A stretch of DNA of 64,000 bases from Candidatus Babeliales bacterium (GCA_963743635.1 CAVUQO010000003.1:754595-818594), one strand, 5' to 3'; shown: positions 20,961 through 31,364, numbered from the stretch's first letter. Numbers and translations are program-made. The notes: generated by a model from the sequence alone, not told the origin.

Positions 20961-21620
20961 CTATTCTATCGCTACATATGAATTGGGAAAGATAGCCCAA
21001 ACTGTGTACTCCATAGTGCCACGGTTAGACTTAACAGTTTCCGCGACACGCTTTGTATTTTCTTTGTATCCAAGTGCTCTCAACTCATCATTCACCTTTC
21101 TCTTGTAACGAGCTTGTTGCAATATGGAGTCACCTTGTTCATATTGCTGTTCACTAACATATCCTCTGCAAATGCGGCAGCATTCCAAACAGCTCAGAAT
21201 AGGCCAACATGCAATCCAGGTACAAACGCATGATCCAGTGCATTCACGATGACCACGATTCAGATCAGATTCATCATTATCTGACCTCGCAGGACTGGCA
21301 ATAGTTGCATTATTAGAGTTACTCTTGCTTACTGCGGCAGTTGCAGCCCTGATCAATGCCAATTCCTTTTGATGCAGCGCATCACGCCGTTCACGCTCAT
21401 GCTCATATTCTTGTTTTGCTAAACAAGGGAAATAACAACACTGGACGCAGCATAATAGGCAATTGCAATTAGACTCTTGTGATTGTTGGGCACCGATAAG
21501 CCGGGTTTGTTCGCTCACCTGTATGGTATTATTATTATTATTATTATTATTGTTATTCATGCCCATTGCCAACGTGGTAACCGGGGCTACCAAAAGCATG
21601 CCTATCATCAACTTTTTCAT
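20961..21620 (-). CDS. Cys-rich hypothetical secreted protein with poly-Asn tract
   Basis: Signal peptide ending TLAM, N10 tract, two Cys-rich hydrophobic blocks. Confidence 0.7.
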   Translation of the reverse strand: MKKLMIGMLLVAPVTTLAMGMNNNNNNNNNNTIQVSEQTRLIGAQQSQESNCNCLLCCVQCCYFPCLAKQEYEHERERRDALHQKELALIRAATAAVSKSNSNNATIASPARSDNDESDLNRGHRECTGSCVCTWIACWPILSCLECCRICRGYVSEQQYEQGDSILQQARYKRKVNDELRALGYKENTKRVAETVKSNRGTMEYTVWAIFPNSYVAIE

Positions 21621-21913
21621 TTATCTTCCTTGTTAGTATCTATCATTGTATTGCTCATCATATATGCCGTAGGATCGATTGGCGTACCAACATTATTCAG
21701 TTCTTCATCTTGCTTTTCAAGTTTCTCACTTACGCAAATTTTAGCGCATAGATTCGATATCTTTTCGCAACAGGTTGGTCGTTTTCGTTTGTGGATAGGC
21801 ATGAGGCAGACACACGGGTTTGAGCAAAAGAGTATATCACAAACATCTCCAAGATATCCCGCCTGCGCTGACGATGAAAACAAAAAAACGAATGCAAGAA
21901 AGTAGGTATGCAC
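21617..21913 (-). CDS. Small Cys-rich hypothetical secreted protein
   Basis: Signal peptide; ATGA-type overlap with the downstream gene. Confidence 0.55.
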   Translation of the reverse strand: MHTYFLAFVFLFSSSAQAGYLGDVCDILFCSNPCVCLMPIHKRKRPTCCEKISNLCAKICVSEKLEKQDEELNNVGTPIDPTAYMMSNTMIDTNKEDK

Positions 21914-22035
21914 GATAATTCCAGGTACTTTTAGATCGAAATCTTTTTATTTTATAACAGTCCAGTATACTACTATATACCATAGTTATGATCAATGTTT
22001 TTAGCACAAATAAGTTGTGTACCTAAAGGCCTTAT

Positions 22036-23166
22036 ATGAAAAACACTTTTGTTATTGACCAGAAATCACTTCTGGCGATTCTATCGTCAATGCAACCAAT
22101 TTGTACCAAACGTACAACGCTCAATGCAACCTCTTACATTCTCTTTCACGTGGGCCATAAAGAGCTCGTTTTAAAGAGTACTGATTTAGAAATAAGCTTG
22201 CAATCGAGCTACATTTTGAAAGAAAGCTCTATTGATGAGCCAGTTTCATTCTTAGTTTCTGGCCGCCGTATCTTTGACTTGGTCAAAGAAATGGAAGGGG
22301 AGATCGAGTTCCACCTTAAAAAGCAGCAACTCGCGCTTAAAGCAGGCGCGGTAAACTTATCGCTCAATATCAAAGAGGCTGAAGAGTTCCCGCCATTCCC
22401 AGAACGCATCGAAAACTTGATGCAATTAAATGCGGATTTTGTGCTTTCCATGCTCAACAAAGTGGCATTTTTAATTCCACAAAATAATACCAACAGCGCC
22501 TTCAATGGTCTGTATTTAGAAATTTCAGATCAAGATCTTAAGATGACTACGACGGATGGTCATTGTCTCGCGCAAGTCAGCACACCAAAATATACGCTCG
22601 ATCACGAACAAAAGTGGCTCTTGCCTCGACGCGCAATTTTTGAAGTTAAGAAACTGCTCGAAGCCGCTCCCGATAAAGCATTATTCTTGGGCACCTGCGG
22701 TAATCAGTTAGTATTCTCTGGTGAATCATTTAACTTTTTCACTAAATTGTTAGTTGATCCATTCCCGCAATACAACGCCATTTTAAACCAAGAAGGTTTC
22801 ACTGCTGCAACGGTTGATCGCTCACATTTAATGAAGACGTTACGGCGTTCAATTTGTCTGCTTTCGGGACAATTTATTGCAACGGAATTTGGATTTAATC
22901 CAGATACGTTACAGGTGAAAATGGAAAATAAGGAAGTTGGCAAGCTGCAAGAAGAGGTTCCTGTACACGGTTTTGAGCAAGAACATCTTGATATTCGTTT
23001 CTATGCGCCATACGTATTGAATGGCTTGCAGGCATTTTCAGATGATCGTTTGCAATTCTATTTAAGGCACCATTCGAATCCGATTATTTTTGAATCAAAA
23101 GATGACGAAAGTCATTTAAGATACTTGGTTATGCCAGTATCGCTCAGTAATAATACTAATCAATAA
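22036..23166 (+). CDS. dnaN: DNA polymerase III beta sliding clamp
   Basis: STDLEISL, EEFPPFP, TTDGHCLA, FP.Y, YLVMPV. Confidence 0.95.
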   Translation: MKNTFVIDQKSLLAILSSMQPICTKRTTLNATSYILFHVGHKELVLKSTDLEISLQSSYILKESSIDEPVSFLVSGRRIFDLVKEMEGEIEFHLKKQQLALKAGAVNLSLNIKEAEEFPPFPERIENLMQLNADFVLSMLNKVAFLIPQNNTNSAFNGLYLEISDQDLKMTTTDGHCLAQVSTPKYTLDHEQKWLLPRRAIFEVKKLLEAAPDKALFLGTCGNQLVFSGESFNFFTKLLVDPFPQYNAILNQEGFTAATVDRSHLMKTLRRSICLLSGQFIATEFGFNPDTLQVKMENKEVGKLQEEVPVHGFEQEHLDIRFYAPYVLNGLQAFSDDRLQFYLRHHSNPIIFESKDDESHLRYLVMPVSLSNNTNQ

Positions 23167-23169
23167 CTC

Positions 23170-24252
23170 ATGTTACAGCTTACCCAAATTTATGTGAAAA
23201 ACTTTCGCTGTTTTTCAGAAAAGCGTATTGATTTTACGAGTAACGTGGTATTGCTGGCAGGCGATAACGGATCGGGAAAAACCTCATTACTAGAGTCAAT
23301 TCACTACTTATGTTATTTGCGATCATTTAAAACGTACTCGCCAAAAGAGTTTGTGCGTTTTGGTGAATCATCCTTTTTTATTAAGGCGAATTTTGCAACT
23401 GATAATGACGCAACACATGAAATTCAAGTGGGGCTTTCGGGCGCAAAAAGACTGGTAAAATTGGATCAAAAGGCGGTTTGTTCTTACAAAGAACTCATGA
23501 ATCATTATCGCATCGTCACGTTGACCGAAGATGATTTAGAACTCGTTAAAGGAACACCCGATGTGCGGCGCACCTTTGTTGATCAGGTAATATTGCTGAA
23601 TGACCAGGACTTTATTGAGACCATACGCTCATTCAGAAACACCCTTGATAACCGGAATTCACTGATTCAGCAGGGGGCTATCCACAGGGAGTCCTACCTG
23701 GTCTGGAGCCAGCAGCTGTATGAAAAATCTCAGGCAATCCAGGCATTACGGATCCAATGGCTCGAAATCTTAGCCAATAGGGTCAAACAGCTTGCCCTCG
23801 ACCATTTTGATGCTGGAATCAGCATTACGTTCGACTATGCCTTTAAAAAAGGCTCCCTGGGGGAAAGTTTTGATAGCTTTATGGCCAAAAACCCAGATTT
23901 ATTTGATTTAGAGCGGCGCTACGGCCGCTCTCTTTTTGGCGCCCACCTGGACGACTTTGTTATCAAGCTCCAGGACGTCAAATCCAAGCATTATGCCTCA
24001 CGGGGACAGCAAAAATTGATTGCGCTCCTCATTAAAATAGCTCAAATCCAGGAGCTTTCGGCCCATAAAGGAGGGGTCATCTTCCTTTTGGACGATTTTA
24101 TGACCGATTTTGATTCCCAAAGAGCAAATATTTTTTTAGATATTTTACTCAAATTGAATGGTCAATTAATCTTCACCACACCTGTAAATGATGGCTTTTT
24201 TGCCCAGAAACTAGACTCCTTTGGAGCTCAGTACATTTCATTGACAAACTGA
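23170..24252 (+). CDS. recF: DNA replication/repair protein RecF
   Basis: NFRCF, GDNGSGKTSLLE, GAHLDD, ASRGQQK, LLDD; follows dnaN. Confidence 0.95.
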   Translation: MLQLTQIYVKNFRCFSEKRIDFTSNVVLLAGDNGSGKTSLLESIHYLCYLRSFKTYSPKEFVRFGESSFFIKANFATDNDATHEIQVGLSGAKRLVKLDQKAVCSYKELMNHYRIVTLTEDDLELVKGTPDVRRTFVDQVILLNDQDFIETIRSFRNTLDNRNSLIQQGAIHRESYLVWSQQLYEKSQAIQALRIQWLEILANRVKQLALDHFDAGISITFDYAFKKGSLGESFDSFMAKNPDLFDLERRYGRSLFGAHLDDFVIKLQDVKSKHYASRGQQKLIALLIKIAQIQELSAHKGGVIFLLDDFMTDFDSQRANIFLDILLKLNGQLIFTTPVNDGFFAQKLDSFGAQYISLTN

Positions 24253-24292
24253 ATGCTTTAGTCTTTTAAAGCTTTTTATTAATTTGCTATAG

Positions 24293-24321
24293 TTGACAGA
24301 GATGGAAATATGGGTTATATT
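24293..24321 (+). promoter_or_regulatory. Near-consensus sigma70 promoter
   Basis: TTGACA-N17-TATATT. Confidence 0.65.
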
Positions 24322-24327
24322 GATAGA

Positions 24328-24488
24328 GAATTTATGGAACAAAGTCCCTGTAAGAGGGCGATTGTAAAAACAGTAAATTTTACACATTTACAATCTTTTT
24401 GATCCATCAATTCTTTTACTTAGGCTTCATTACTACTCTCCTTTTTTCCATCGCATTGGTTTCATTATCAATGCGATGGTTTGTTTTT
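24328..24488 (+). ncRNA. Candidate small RNA, or 22-codon small-ORF transcript
   Basis: Bounded by the promoter above and terminator ccatcgcattg...caatgcgatgg-tttgttttt. Confidence 0.35.
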
Positions 24489-24657
24489 AAAGGGTACATC
24501 CTTCTAGAAATTCATTTATGCCCCGCGATACGCTTCAGAAGAATCAAAAAAGCGTAGACGCAAGTCTGCAAAGAATTCCGTATTCGATTGGTTTTTCCAC
24601 CTTAAATCATGTATATTAAGGTCGTTAATAAAATCCTTATATCTAAACGGAATTGTA

Positions 24658-26180
24658 ATGAAATATATCTTAAGAACAATGTGCGTCCTCGCTGTATACG
24701 TCAATCATGCTCATGCCATGGGTCCTACTTTGGTGGAATTGCATAGTGCTATTTTGGCAGAATTGGATAATGATTATTATCAGATTGTTAAGAGCAGTCG
24801 CAATCACGATGGAGCACCTGCTACCCAAGAACTGGCACGCGTTCGTTTTTCTCTTGAAGTATTGGGCACCGCAATTAGCAATTTGCAAAGCGAAAGCGAT
24901 AGCGATAATCGGCAGCGTCTTGCAAAAAAAATTGCACTCTTATCTATTTCAGATGATGCTTTAAAAGCATTGCATGAAAATCCCTCGAATCATCCGGCAT
25001 TAACGATTACGCCTTCATTAAAAAATGAAATCTATCCTCATACGCGGCATGCATATGCGATGCGTCAGATCATTCCACATGATAAGCATATTGATGCGGC
25101 AGTACTTTCACCCAATGATGCTCTGATAGCGACTATTTCGAATAACCACAATGGAACATGCGGTTATTTGCGAATTTTAAGACCGCTACCGGAGAAGAGA
25201 TGCGCACAATGTGTTATCAATACGATGGTCAAAATTTATGGTACGGTCCTCGAGCAGTTGCATTTCATCCCGATAACACAAATGTAATGATCATAGATTC
25301 TGAAGATTCAGCAGCTCTCGTTGATGCAGAATCTGGCGTTAAGAGAACGCTGGATTATCTACAGAACGTCGATAAAGTGGCATTCTCACCCGATAGCAGC
25401 ACGATTGCAGCTGCATTGAGAGATGGTTCAGTATCACTACATAGTTTGACAAACACGGCACTTGCCCATGCAAGTCAAATCACGCATCAAGGCGCTGTTA
25501 AATCGGTAGCTTTCTCAGCAAACGGCAAACTATTAGCCACCGCATCAAATGACACGACCGCAAAAGTTCTTGATCTTGAGCACAATACATCATTTGAAGT
25601 TCAACACGATGAATGCGTTAATTCAGCAGCATTATCATCAGATAATACTATGCTTGCAACTGCATCTGATGATTGTTCGGTGAAGGTATTTGATCTTAAC
25701 ACTCATGAGCTAATTCTTCATATTAAGCTTGCTACTGCTGCCCGCGGTGTGGCATTCGTACCTCATAAACGAGAACTACTCATACAAAGCGACAAAACCA
25801 TAAAGGTGTGTGATATCGATACGGGTGTGCGACGATATCAAGTCAAACACAATCTTTTCCTGCACACTGCAGCGATTTCGACTGACGGTAGCACAATAGT
25901 GACTGCCTCACACCATGGTAATGGAAACGTGGTTGATACTCAGTCAGGCAATATCTTACATCGCATCACATATCGTGGATGGTTTAAAGTAGCTGCAGTT
26001 TCACAAACGGGTGATACAATAATCACTGCTCCAGGCATGTATACAGGGCCCCTGACTATTACTGAACGATTGACTCGGTTAGCCAACACCTTTGATCAGG
26101 CACTCCTTAAGAAATATTTAGACTGGTGCAAACAAAGCGGGGCCGAACCAAATCAATCAGTCAAAACAGCATTAGAGTAA
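24658..26180 (+). CDS. Secreted WD40-repeat protein, frameshifted near 25180
   Basis: Signal peptide ending AHAM; repeats such as SVAFSANGKLLATASNDTTAKV; split across ORFs 24658-25287 and 25158-26180. Confidence 0.8.
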
Positions 26181-26202
26181 ATACTTACAATCACTCGTAT
26201 CA

Positions 26203-26254
26203 TTCGCCACAATTTTTATTTTTGTCCGAAGGGTAAAATAAAAATTGTGGCGAA
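26203..26254. terminator. Long hairpin after the WD40 gene
   Basis: ttcgccacaatttttatttt...aaaataaaaattgtggcgaa. Confidence 0.55.
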
Positions 26255-26387
26255 GGGTCAGGGAACATAGCGTCTTGGAGTTTCACAATGCGCTCTCTCC
26301 TTTTTCTTTGTATTCTATTTATGGTATGGTACCTCAATGGAATAGTGAGCCACTCTCGCATAAACCCCCGTAAAAAAAGGAATGATC

Positions 26388-27587
26388 ATGATGCATTTAC
26401 TACTGTTTTTATTAGCCTTATATGCCCCGACCATGTCAGCAGAATATGTATATCCGGTCGCAGCATGTAGTGCCGAACAAATCTATGTGTTGTATCAAAA
26501 ATCAACCGATCACGTTGAGTTATGGGTATGGAACAGCATCACCAAAAAGGCCTCAAAAGCTTTACTTTCTACCTTTTCTCCAGCCGGATTGCAACTGCTC
26601 CCAGATGGATCAAGTTTTAGTTTCGTCGATAATGATCGAATACGCGTTAAGTTGCAAGGCAGGCGCCAACCCAAGGCTGTTGGGTTTTGTGAGCCGGTCT
26701 ATGACATCAGTCTCATTCATTGGATCAATAATGAAGCCTTTTACTTCAGCGCCAAGGAAAAAGAACAGTTTAGTATTTTCCATGGGACCATTTATGGAAC
26801 TTGTCACCGAATCATCGGCATCAGGCGCGGGGATTGTATGTACCCCCAGCTGCGAGGCTCGGAGCTCTTTTTCATCGAGCGGGACGATAACAATGATTAT
26901 GCAATAGTATCCATGCCATACCCAATGATCCCTCAAGAAGAATGTGTTCCATGTACCGATCCCGAAAAATTTGAAGATCGAGTCCAGGCGATTCTTCGCC
27001 AAGCTCAGGACGATCGCACGGAAGTCACGCGGCGATCGTATGGCGACGTTTCTAAAAAGTCGCTCGTTTTAAATTGCGGAAATCGGGCCATCGCTTTTTT
27101 ACAAATGATATCAGACTCATTCGGTTTTTTTATACAACATCCAGCATCGATCAATCGCTCAGATTCCCTTATTTCATTTACATGCCACGCACTTGAGCAC
27201 GAGGATGGGGAATGGAAAAGTAGTCCGCTATTTTCTTTTGAGCTTCCGACATCATTATTAATTGCGGGAAGCCCAGAGCGACTTTATGAATCATTATTGC
27301 CTTTATTGGTCCGATACGACGGTCAAAAAACGCTTTATTTTGTAAATAACGATAAAAACGAATCAGGATTAAATATATACGCTTATCAACTCGACGATCG
27401 AACTATTACAAAAAAATCAAACCTCGGTCAAAATAAAGGCATGTTTTTTTCGCCACTTTGTTCAAAATTTGGAACATGGTACGGCGGCACTCTTATGAAG
27501 ACCGATGAATTAAGTTTGGACCAAGTCTGTATGTACTTCGATAATGAAGAAGATGTATGCATAAACTTGCCTTTGATGAGTGAATAG
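26388..27587 (+). CDS. Hypothetical secreted protein (beta-rich, possible TolB-like propeller)
   Basis: About 400-aa ORF with signal peptide and 'LLPDGSSFSFVD' motif. Confidence 0.7.
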   Translation: MMHLLLFLLALYAPTMSAEYVYPVAACSAEQIYVLYQKSTDHVELWVWNSITKKASKALLSTFSPAGLQLLPDGSSFSFVDNDRIRVKLQGRRQPKAVGFCEPVYDISLIHWINNEAFYFSAKEKEQFSIFHGTIYGTCHRIIGIRRGDCMYPQLRGSELFFIERDDNNDYAIVSMPYPMIPQEECVPCTDPEKFEDRVQAILRQAQDDRTEVTRRSYGDVSKKSLVLNCGNRAIAFLQMISDSFGFFIQHPASINRSDSLISFTCHALEHEDGEWKSSPLFSFELPTSLLIAGSPERLYESLLPLLVRYDGQKTLYFVNNDKNESGLNIYAYQLDDRTITKKSNLGQNKGMFFSPLCSKFGTWYGGTLMKTDELSLDQVCMYFDNEEDVCINLPLMSE

Positions 27588-27648
27588 TTTATCATAATAG
27601 TGTCTTTGATATGTACGCAATCACCGCTCCTTCAGGAGGAAGTGATTG

Positions 27649-27676
27649 TTTTTACATAATATGCATTATCAGAATC
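27649..27676 (-). other. Putative dif chromosome dimer resolution site
   Basis: Minus strand GATTCTGATAA-TGCATA-TTATGTAAAAA versus E. coli dif GGTGCGCATAA-TGTATA-TTATGTTAAAT; intergenic, at the switch in gene orientation. Confidence 0.75.
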
Positions 27677-27800
27677 GAGTAAAATACCCAGGGAATAAAC
27701 ACCCTGGGTATTTCTGTTATTTTCTTCATATATGTTTCGGACACGTCGAAGCATTAGTGACTGTGTGCGAAGAAGCTGAAAGCGTAGACGCAAGCCTGGG

Positions 27801-28283
27801 TCAATCCTTAGAGTCATACGAAATACACATGATGGGCATCTTCATATGAAGATTGTGATCAATCAAAAGAGACTTAAACTGCTCAAGCCATGGCTGCGCC
27901 AGAAGATTGGGCGTAAGTTCAATCCATAAAAAATCGAGTTCATTGTACTCTAGAAAAAACTGCTCAAGGCCATTGGGCAGATATCGACCTTCGATCAAAT
28001 GAGTCAAAAGATCATGCGTAGTTGTTGAAAGCGGCATCTCGCTTTCGGTGAGGCATGCAACCATGTGATAATAATCAAGTGACTGCAGCAATTTTGCCAT
28101 CAACTCTCTTCCCTCATCTACATTCGGCACCTGAATATGCTGGAAGCCATTGGTGAGAAAGCGAACATGTAATTCTATGATTTGCTGATCTGATAATGCG
28201 CGTTCGTTCTCTGTAGATATAGCCATTGGTGACTCTAGGACAGCTGATAATACGTTATGTGCCGTTATGGTACAACGTTTCAT
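27801..28283 (-). CDS. Hypothetical protein
   Basis: Strong SD AAGGAGGT before ATG 28283; 160-aa ORF. Confidence 0.7.
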   Translation of the reverse strand: MKRCTITAHNVLSAVLESPMAISTENERALSDQQIIELHVRFLTNGFQHIQVPNVDEGRELMAKLLQSLDYYHMVACLTESEMPLSTTTHDLLTHLIEGRYLPNGLEQFFLEYNELDFLWIELTPNLLAQPWLEQFKSLLIDHNLHMKMPIMCISYDSKD

Positions 28284-28447
28284 ACTGACCTCCTTTCCAA
28301 ATAGCAGCAATAGATCAAGCGATCAATCTATTATCCGCGATGAGACATCCCTACCCCTCACCAACGATGCTACATCAAAAGAACGATCAGATGCAATGGT
28401 TCGATACATCGCGAATTCTTCATCTTTTCATAACTGCGATTCAGAGC

Positions 28448-28999
28448 TCATAACTGCCCACTATGAATGATAAAAACGCTCATTTCCGCGCATCCTGAGG
28501 CTCGTTCTTCATTAGCCCATGATGCGCGAGGATCAATGGACCAAAATCCACACAGCGTAACGGCTAAAGCGTCGGTTACATCAAGCTTCTTTTGATCTTT
28601 AAGTCCGGGAAAGAGCTGCTGGACGACGCGTGCAACTTGCTCTTTGCTTGCACCCCCAAATCCAGTAATGGATTGTTTGATTTCTCGTGGAGAAAATTCA
28701 AGAATATTGGCATTGTGTTTATTGGCCAACAGATACAGATTCCCCCGTAAATAACCAAGTTTTAGAAAGTTCTGCGCATTCTTACCCAAAAACGGCGTTT
28801 CCAACGCAATGTCCGTCACCTTCCACGTCACCATTTTTTCCGTGAAAAAATCATGAAACATACCAATACGTACGACCAAACTCTTGGTTGGTGGCATCTT
28901 TAAAAATCCATGGTCCAAAAGATAAGCCTTGTTGCCTTCTTTTTTCAAAATCCCATATCCCGCCACCTGAAATCCCGGGTCTACACCTAAAATTATCAT
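28448..28999 (-). CDS. ruvC: Holliday junction resolvase RuvC
   Basis: ILGVDPG...GYG, ALE, KQSITGFGGASKEQV, DVTDALAV. Confidence 0.96.
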   Translation of the reverse strand: MIILGVDPGFQVAGYGILKKEGNKAYLLDHGFLKMPPTKSLVVRIGMFHDFFTEKMVTWKVTDIALETPFLGKNAQNFLKLGYLRGNLYLLANKHNANILEFSPREIKQSITGFGGASKEQVARVVQQLFPGLKDQKKLDVTDALAVTLCGFWSIDPRASWANEERASGCAEMSVFIIHSGQL

Positions 29000-29284
29000 T
29001 TACGCTCTCCTATTTTGTACCTATGTACGTTAATACCCTTAGTTTATAGAGATAATCGAATAAAATAATCCATTATTTACAGAGATCGCTCTCTGCTTAT
29101 CCCTGCACAGCAATCCCCTGCCCAGAAGCATTTTTAACTGGAAGGCCATTGGATAATCGCTCTGGAAGCCAATTTATTAAAAAAATAATCAAAAAGGAAC
29201 CTAAACTATTGCTTTTTAGGTTCCTTTTTGATTAGACTGATAATTGATAGATAGTATTAATCTTCATACATAGGAGAAAAGAAT

Positions 29285-29602
29285 ATGAAGATACTAAAAG
29301 TAATAGCTGTGGCAGCTATGGTGATTGCAGGCCAGCAACTAATTGCGGGACCTAAACAGGACATTAAAAGTTTTGTTAAGGACCGTGAAAACGCCACTAT
29401 AGTAGTTAAGAATGCTGATAAAGCGGAACTACGCGATCTTCATCGTAAAATTGGCGAAGCAATACAAAATTTAGAGCAAGTTCCTATGACAGCATTTGGG
29501 GGCGGCCCGGATTTTAGACGTATGAACGAAATGATGAAATCACAAGAGTGGCAAGATTTAGTCTACATAGAAAAGTTAATCAATGAACGCTTAGCAGAGT
29601 AA
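29285..29602 (+). CDS. Small hypothetical secreted protein
   Basis: AGGAG SD, signal peptide, downstream terminator. Confidence 0.7.
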   Translation: MKILKVIAVAAMVIAGQQLIAGPKQDIKSFVKDRENATIVVKNADKAELRDLHRKIGEAIQNLEQVPMTAFGGGPDFRRMNEMMKSQEWQDLVYIEKLINERLAE

Positions 29603-29608
29603 CTGAAA

Positions 29609-29665
29609 AACACTAAAAAGCAAAAGAGGTAGGAAAAAATCCTGCCTCTTTTGCTTTTTAGTGTT
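29609..29665. terminator. Bidirectional terminator between convergent genes
   Basis: aacactaaaaagcaaaagaggtagga...tcctgcctcttttgctttttagtgtt. Confidence 0.75.
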
Positions 29666-29673
29666 GTATCTAT

Positions 29674-31278
29674 TTATGCCAACTCAAAAAGCTCCGCAAC
29701 AAAAGGCGATATCGGATACCGATAATCATTCGCTAATTGCGGTTCCTCTTCAAGAGCCTTTCTAAATGGGACAACCACCAAAATGTTATCTGATGCATTA
29801 TTGATGGTATCAACCACAGTGAGTGCTAGAAAATCATTATCGATGCTCTTTTTTACCGCATTTCTGAAATCTTCCAATGTATGAACCGGAATATCATTTA
29901 CTTTTTTAAGCACGAATCCAGGGCGCACTATGCGGGTACGAGCACATTGCGATGCTGGAAATACATGGCTAATGAATAGAACTGGTTCGGTTCTATTCTT
30001 CATTTCTGTATATTTTGATAATCCTGCTGCGTGATCAGCTAATAGATTGATATGATTCAAGGTAAGATTCATTACCACGATACCACCAAATATTTCATAT
30101 TCAATAGCATCGTATCCTGGATAAATCGTACGAACGGGCAATTCTTGTACATGATTGAAATGTACTGTTGCTTCGCGATATTCGCCACGACGATAGTAAA
30201 CTAAATGCACCTGATCACCAATGGAAAGTCGGGCCACATAATCAGCAAGATCGATTTTATCTTCGCTCCATGGTACGGACATTTGGCCGTAAATATCAAG
30301 TTGATAGCCGTCGACTTCATAAATCATGTCGCCACTCTTGAGACCGGCCTTGTCGAGTGGACTATTTTTGATTACTTCTGCTGCATAACAGCCTCCTGGA
30401 GGCGGATTGCCCAAAAACGATGTTTGACACTCATTGGCAAACGTCGAAATAATACCAAGGAATGCCTTTTTAACAAATCCACTGACCGTTAAATCATGTA
30501 AAATAATCTTCAGATCATTAATAGGAATAATGAGACCCACGTTTTGTGCTTCAGTAACGCCTGCACTGCTGATACCAATAACCTGACCATCAATGTTCAA
30601 GCATGGCCCGCCAGAACTTCCGGGGTTAATCGGTGCGCTCATCTGAATGAGATTGTCAGCGCGACCACTAATGTGTCCTGCAGTACTTTTCAGCGATTCA
30701 TGGCCTAATGGATAACCAAGCGCGAGCACTTCATCCATACGGCGCACTAAATCAGAATCACCGAGCTCAAGATAGGGAACATGCCCAATTTCTTGTTCTA
30801 TAAAGGCTAATCCCTCATCTGAAATTTTAAGAAGCGCTAGATCCCAATCAGGACTTACTCCAATAACAGAAACGCCGATCATATGTTTGCCAAGCGATGG
30901 TATTTGAATCCATACAAAACGGTGCTGATCAACGACGTGCGCATTGGTAATCACGTATCCATCACTACTAATTAAAAAGCAACTTCCGCGCGTTGCATAT
31001 TGGTTGGGAGTTTTAAATGGTTGAAAAAGATCATCTTCTACGGCATGTACAAATACCTGTCCAACCGTATCGGTTACGCGCGCTTGTATTGGGCGCCATG
31101 GCTGGCGACTATGATTAAAATCAGATGATGCAAAACTGCAATCTTGCAGTGCAGCATCTTGCGTTTCATCTAACAGCTCTTCAATAGATGACTCATCGAC
31201 GGCGACATGCGGCATCAGAGTATGCGTACTGAATAAGAGACACAAGCTAAATAATATTGGATGATGGTGATTGTGCAT
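29674..31278 (-). CDS. HtrA/DegP-like trypsin-family serine protease with PDZ domains
   Basis: ITNAHVV, DLALLK, INPGSSGGP, PDZ 'SPLDKAGLKSGD'. Confidence 0.92.
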   Translation of the reverse strand: MHNHHHPILFSLCLLFSTHTLMPHVAVDESSIEELLDETQDAALQDCSFASSDFNHSRQPWRPIQARVTDTVGQVFVHAVEDDLFQPFKTPNQYATRGSCFLISSDGYVITNAHVVDQHRFVWIQIPSLGKHMIGVSVIGVSPDWDLALLKISDEGLAFIEQEIGHVPYLELGDSDLVRRMDEVLALGYPLGHESLKSTAGHISGRADNLIQMSAPINPGSSGGPCLNIDGQVIGISSAGVTEAQNVGLIIPINDLKIILHDLTVSGFVKKAFLGIISTFANECQTSFLGNPPPGGCYAAEVIKNSPLDKAGLKSGDMIYEVDGYQLDIYGQMSVPWSEDKIDLADYVARLSIGDQVHLVYYRRGEYREATVHFNHVQELPVRTIYPGYDAIEYEIFGGIVVMNLTLNHINLLADHAAGLSKYTEMKNRTEPVLFISHVFPASQCARTRIVRPGFVLKKVNDIPVHTLEDFRNAVKKSIDNDFLALTVVDTINNASDNILVVVPFRKALEEEPQLANDYRYPISPFVAELFELA

Positions 31279-31364
31279 AAGAAACTCCTTTTTATGCTTG
31301 GTTGGTTCGATACCTGCTTAACAGTATGGTGAAAAATGAGAGCCGTAAATTATCGGCAATCTCA

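Noticed and set aside
29040..29230. Possible oriC (AT-rich, ttatccctg/ggataa, ctggaag.cca repeats)
   Set aside because: No consensus TTATCCACA boxes, no dnaA, and gene convergence points to a terminus
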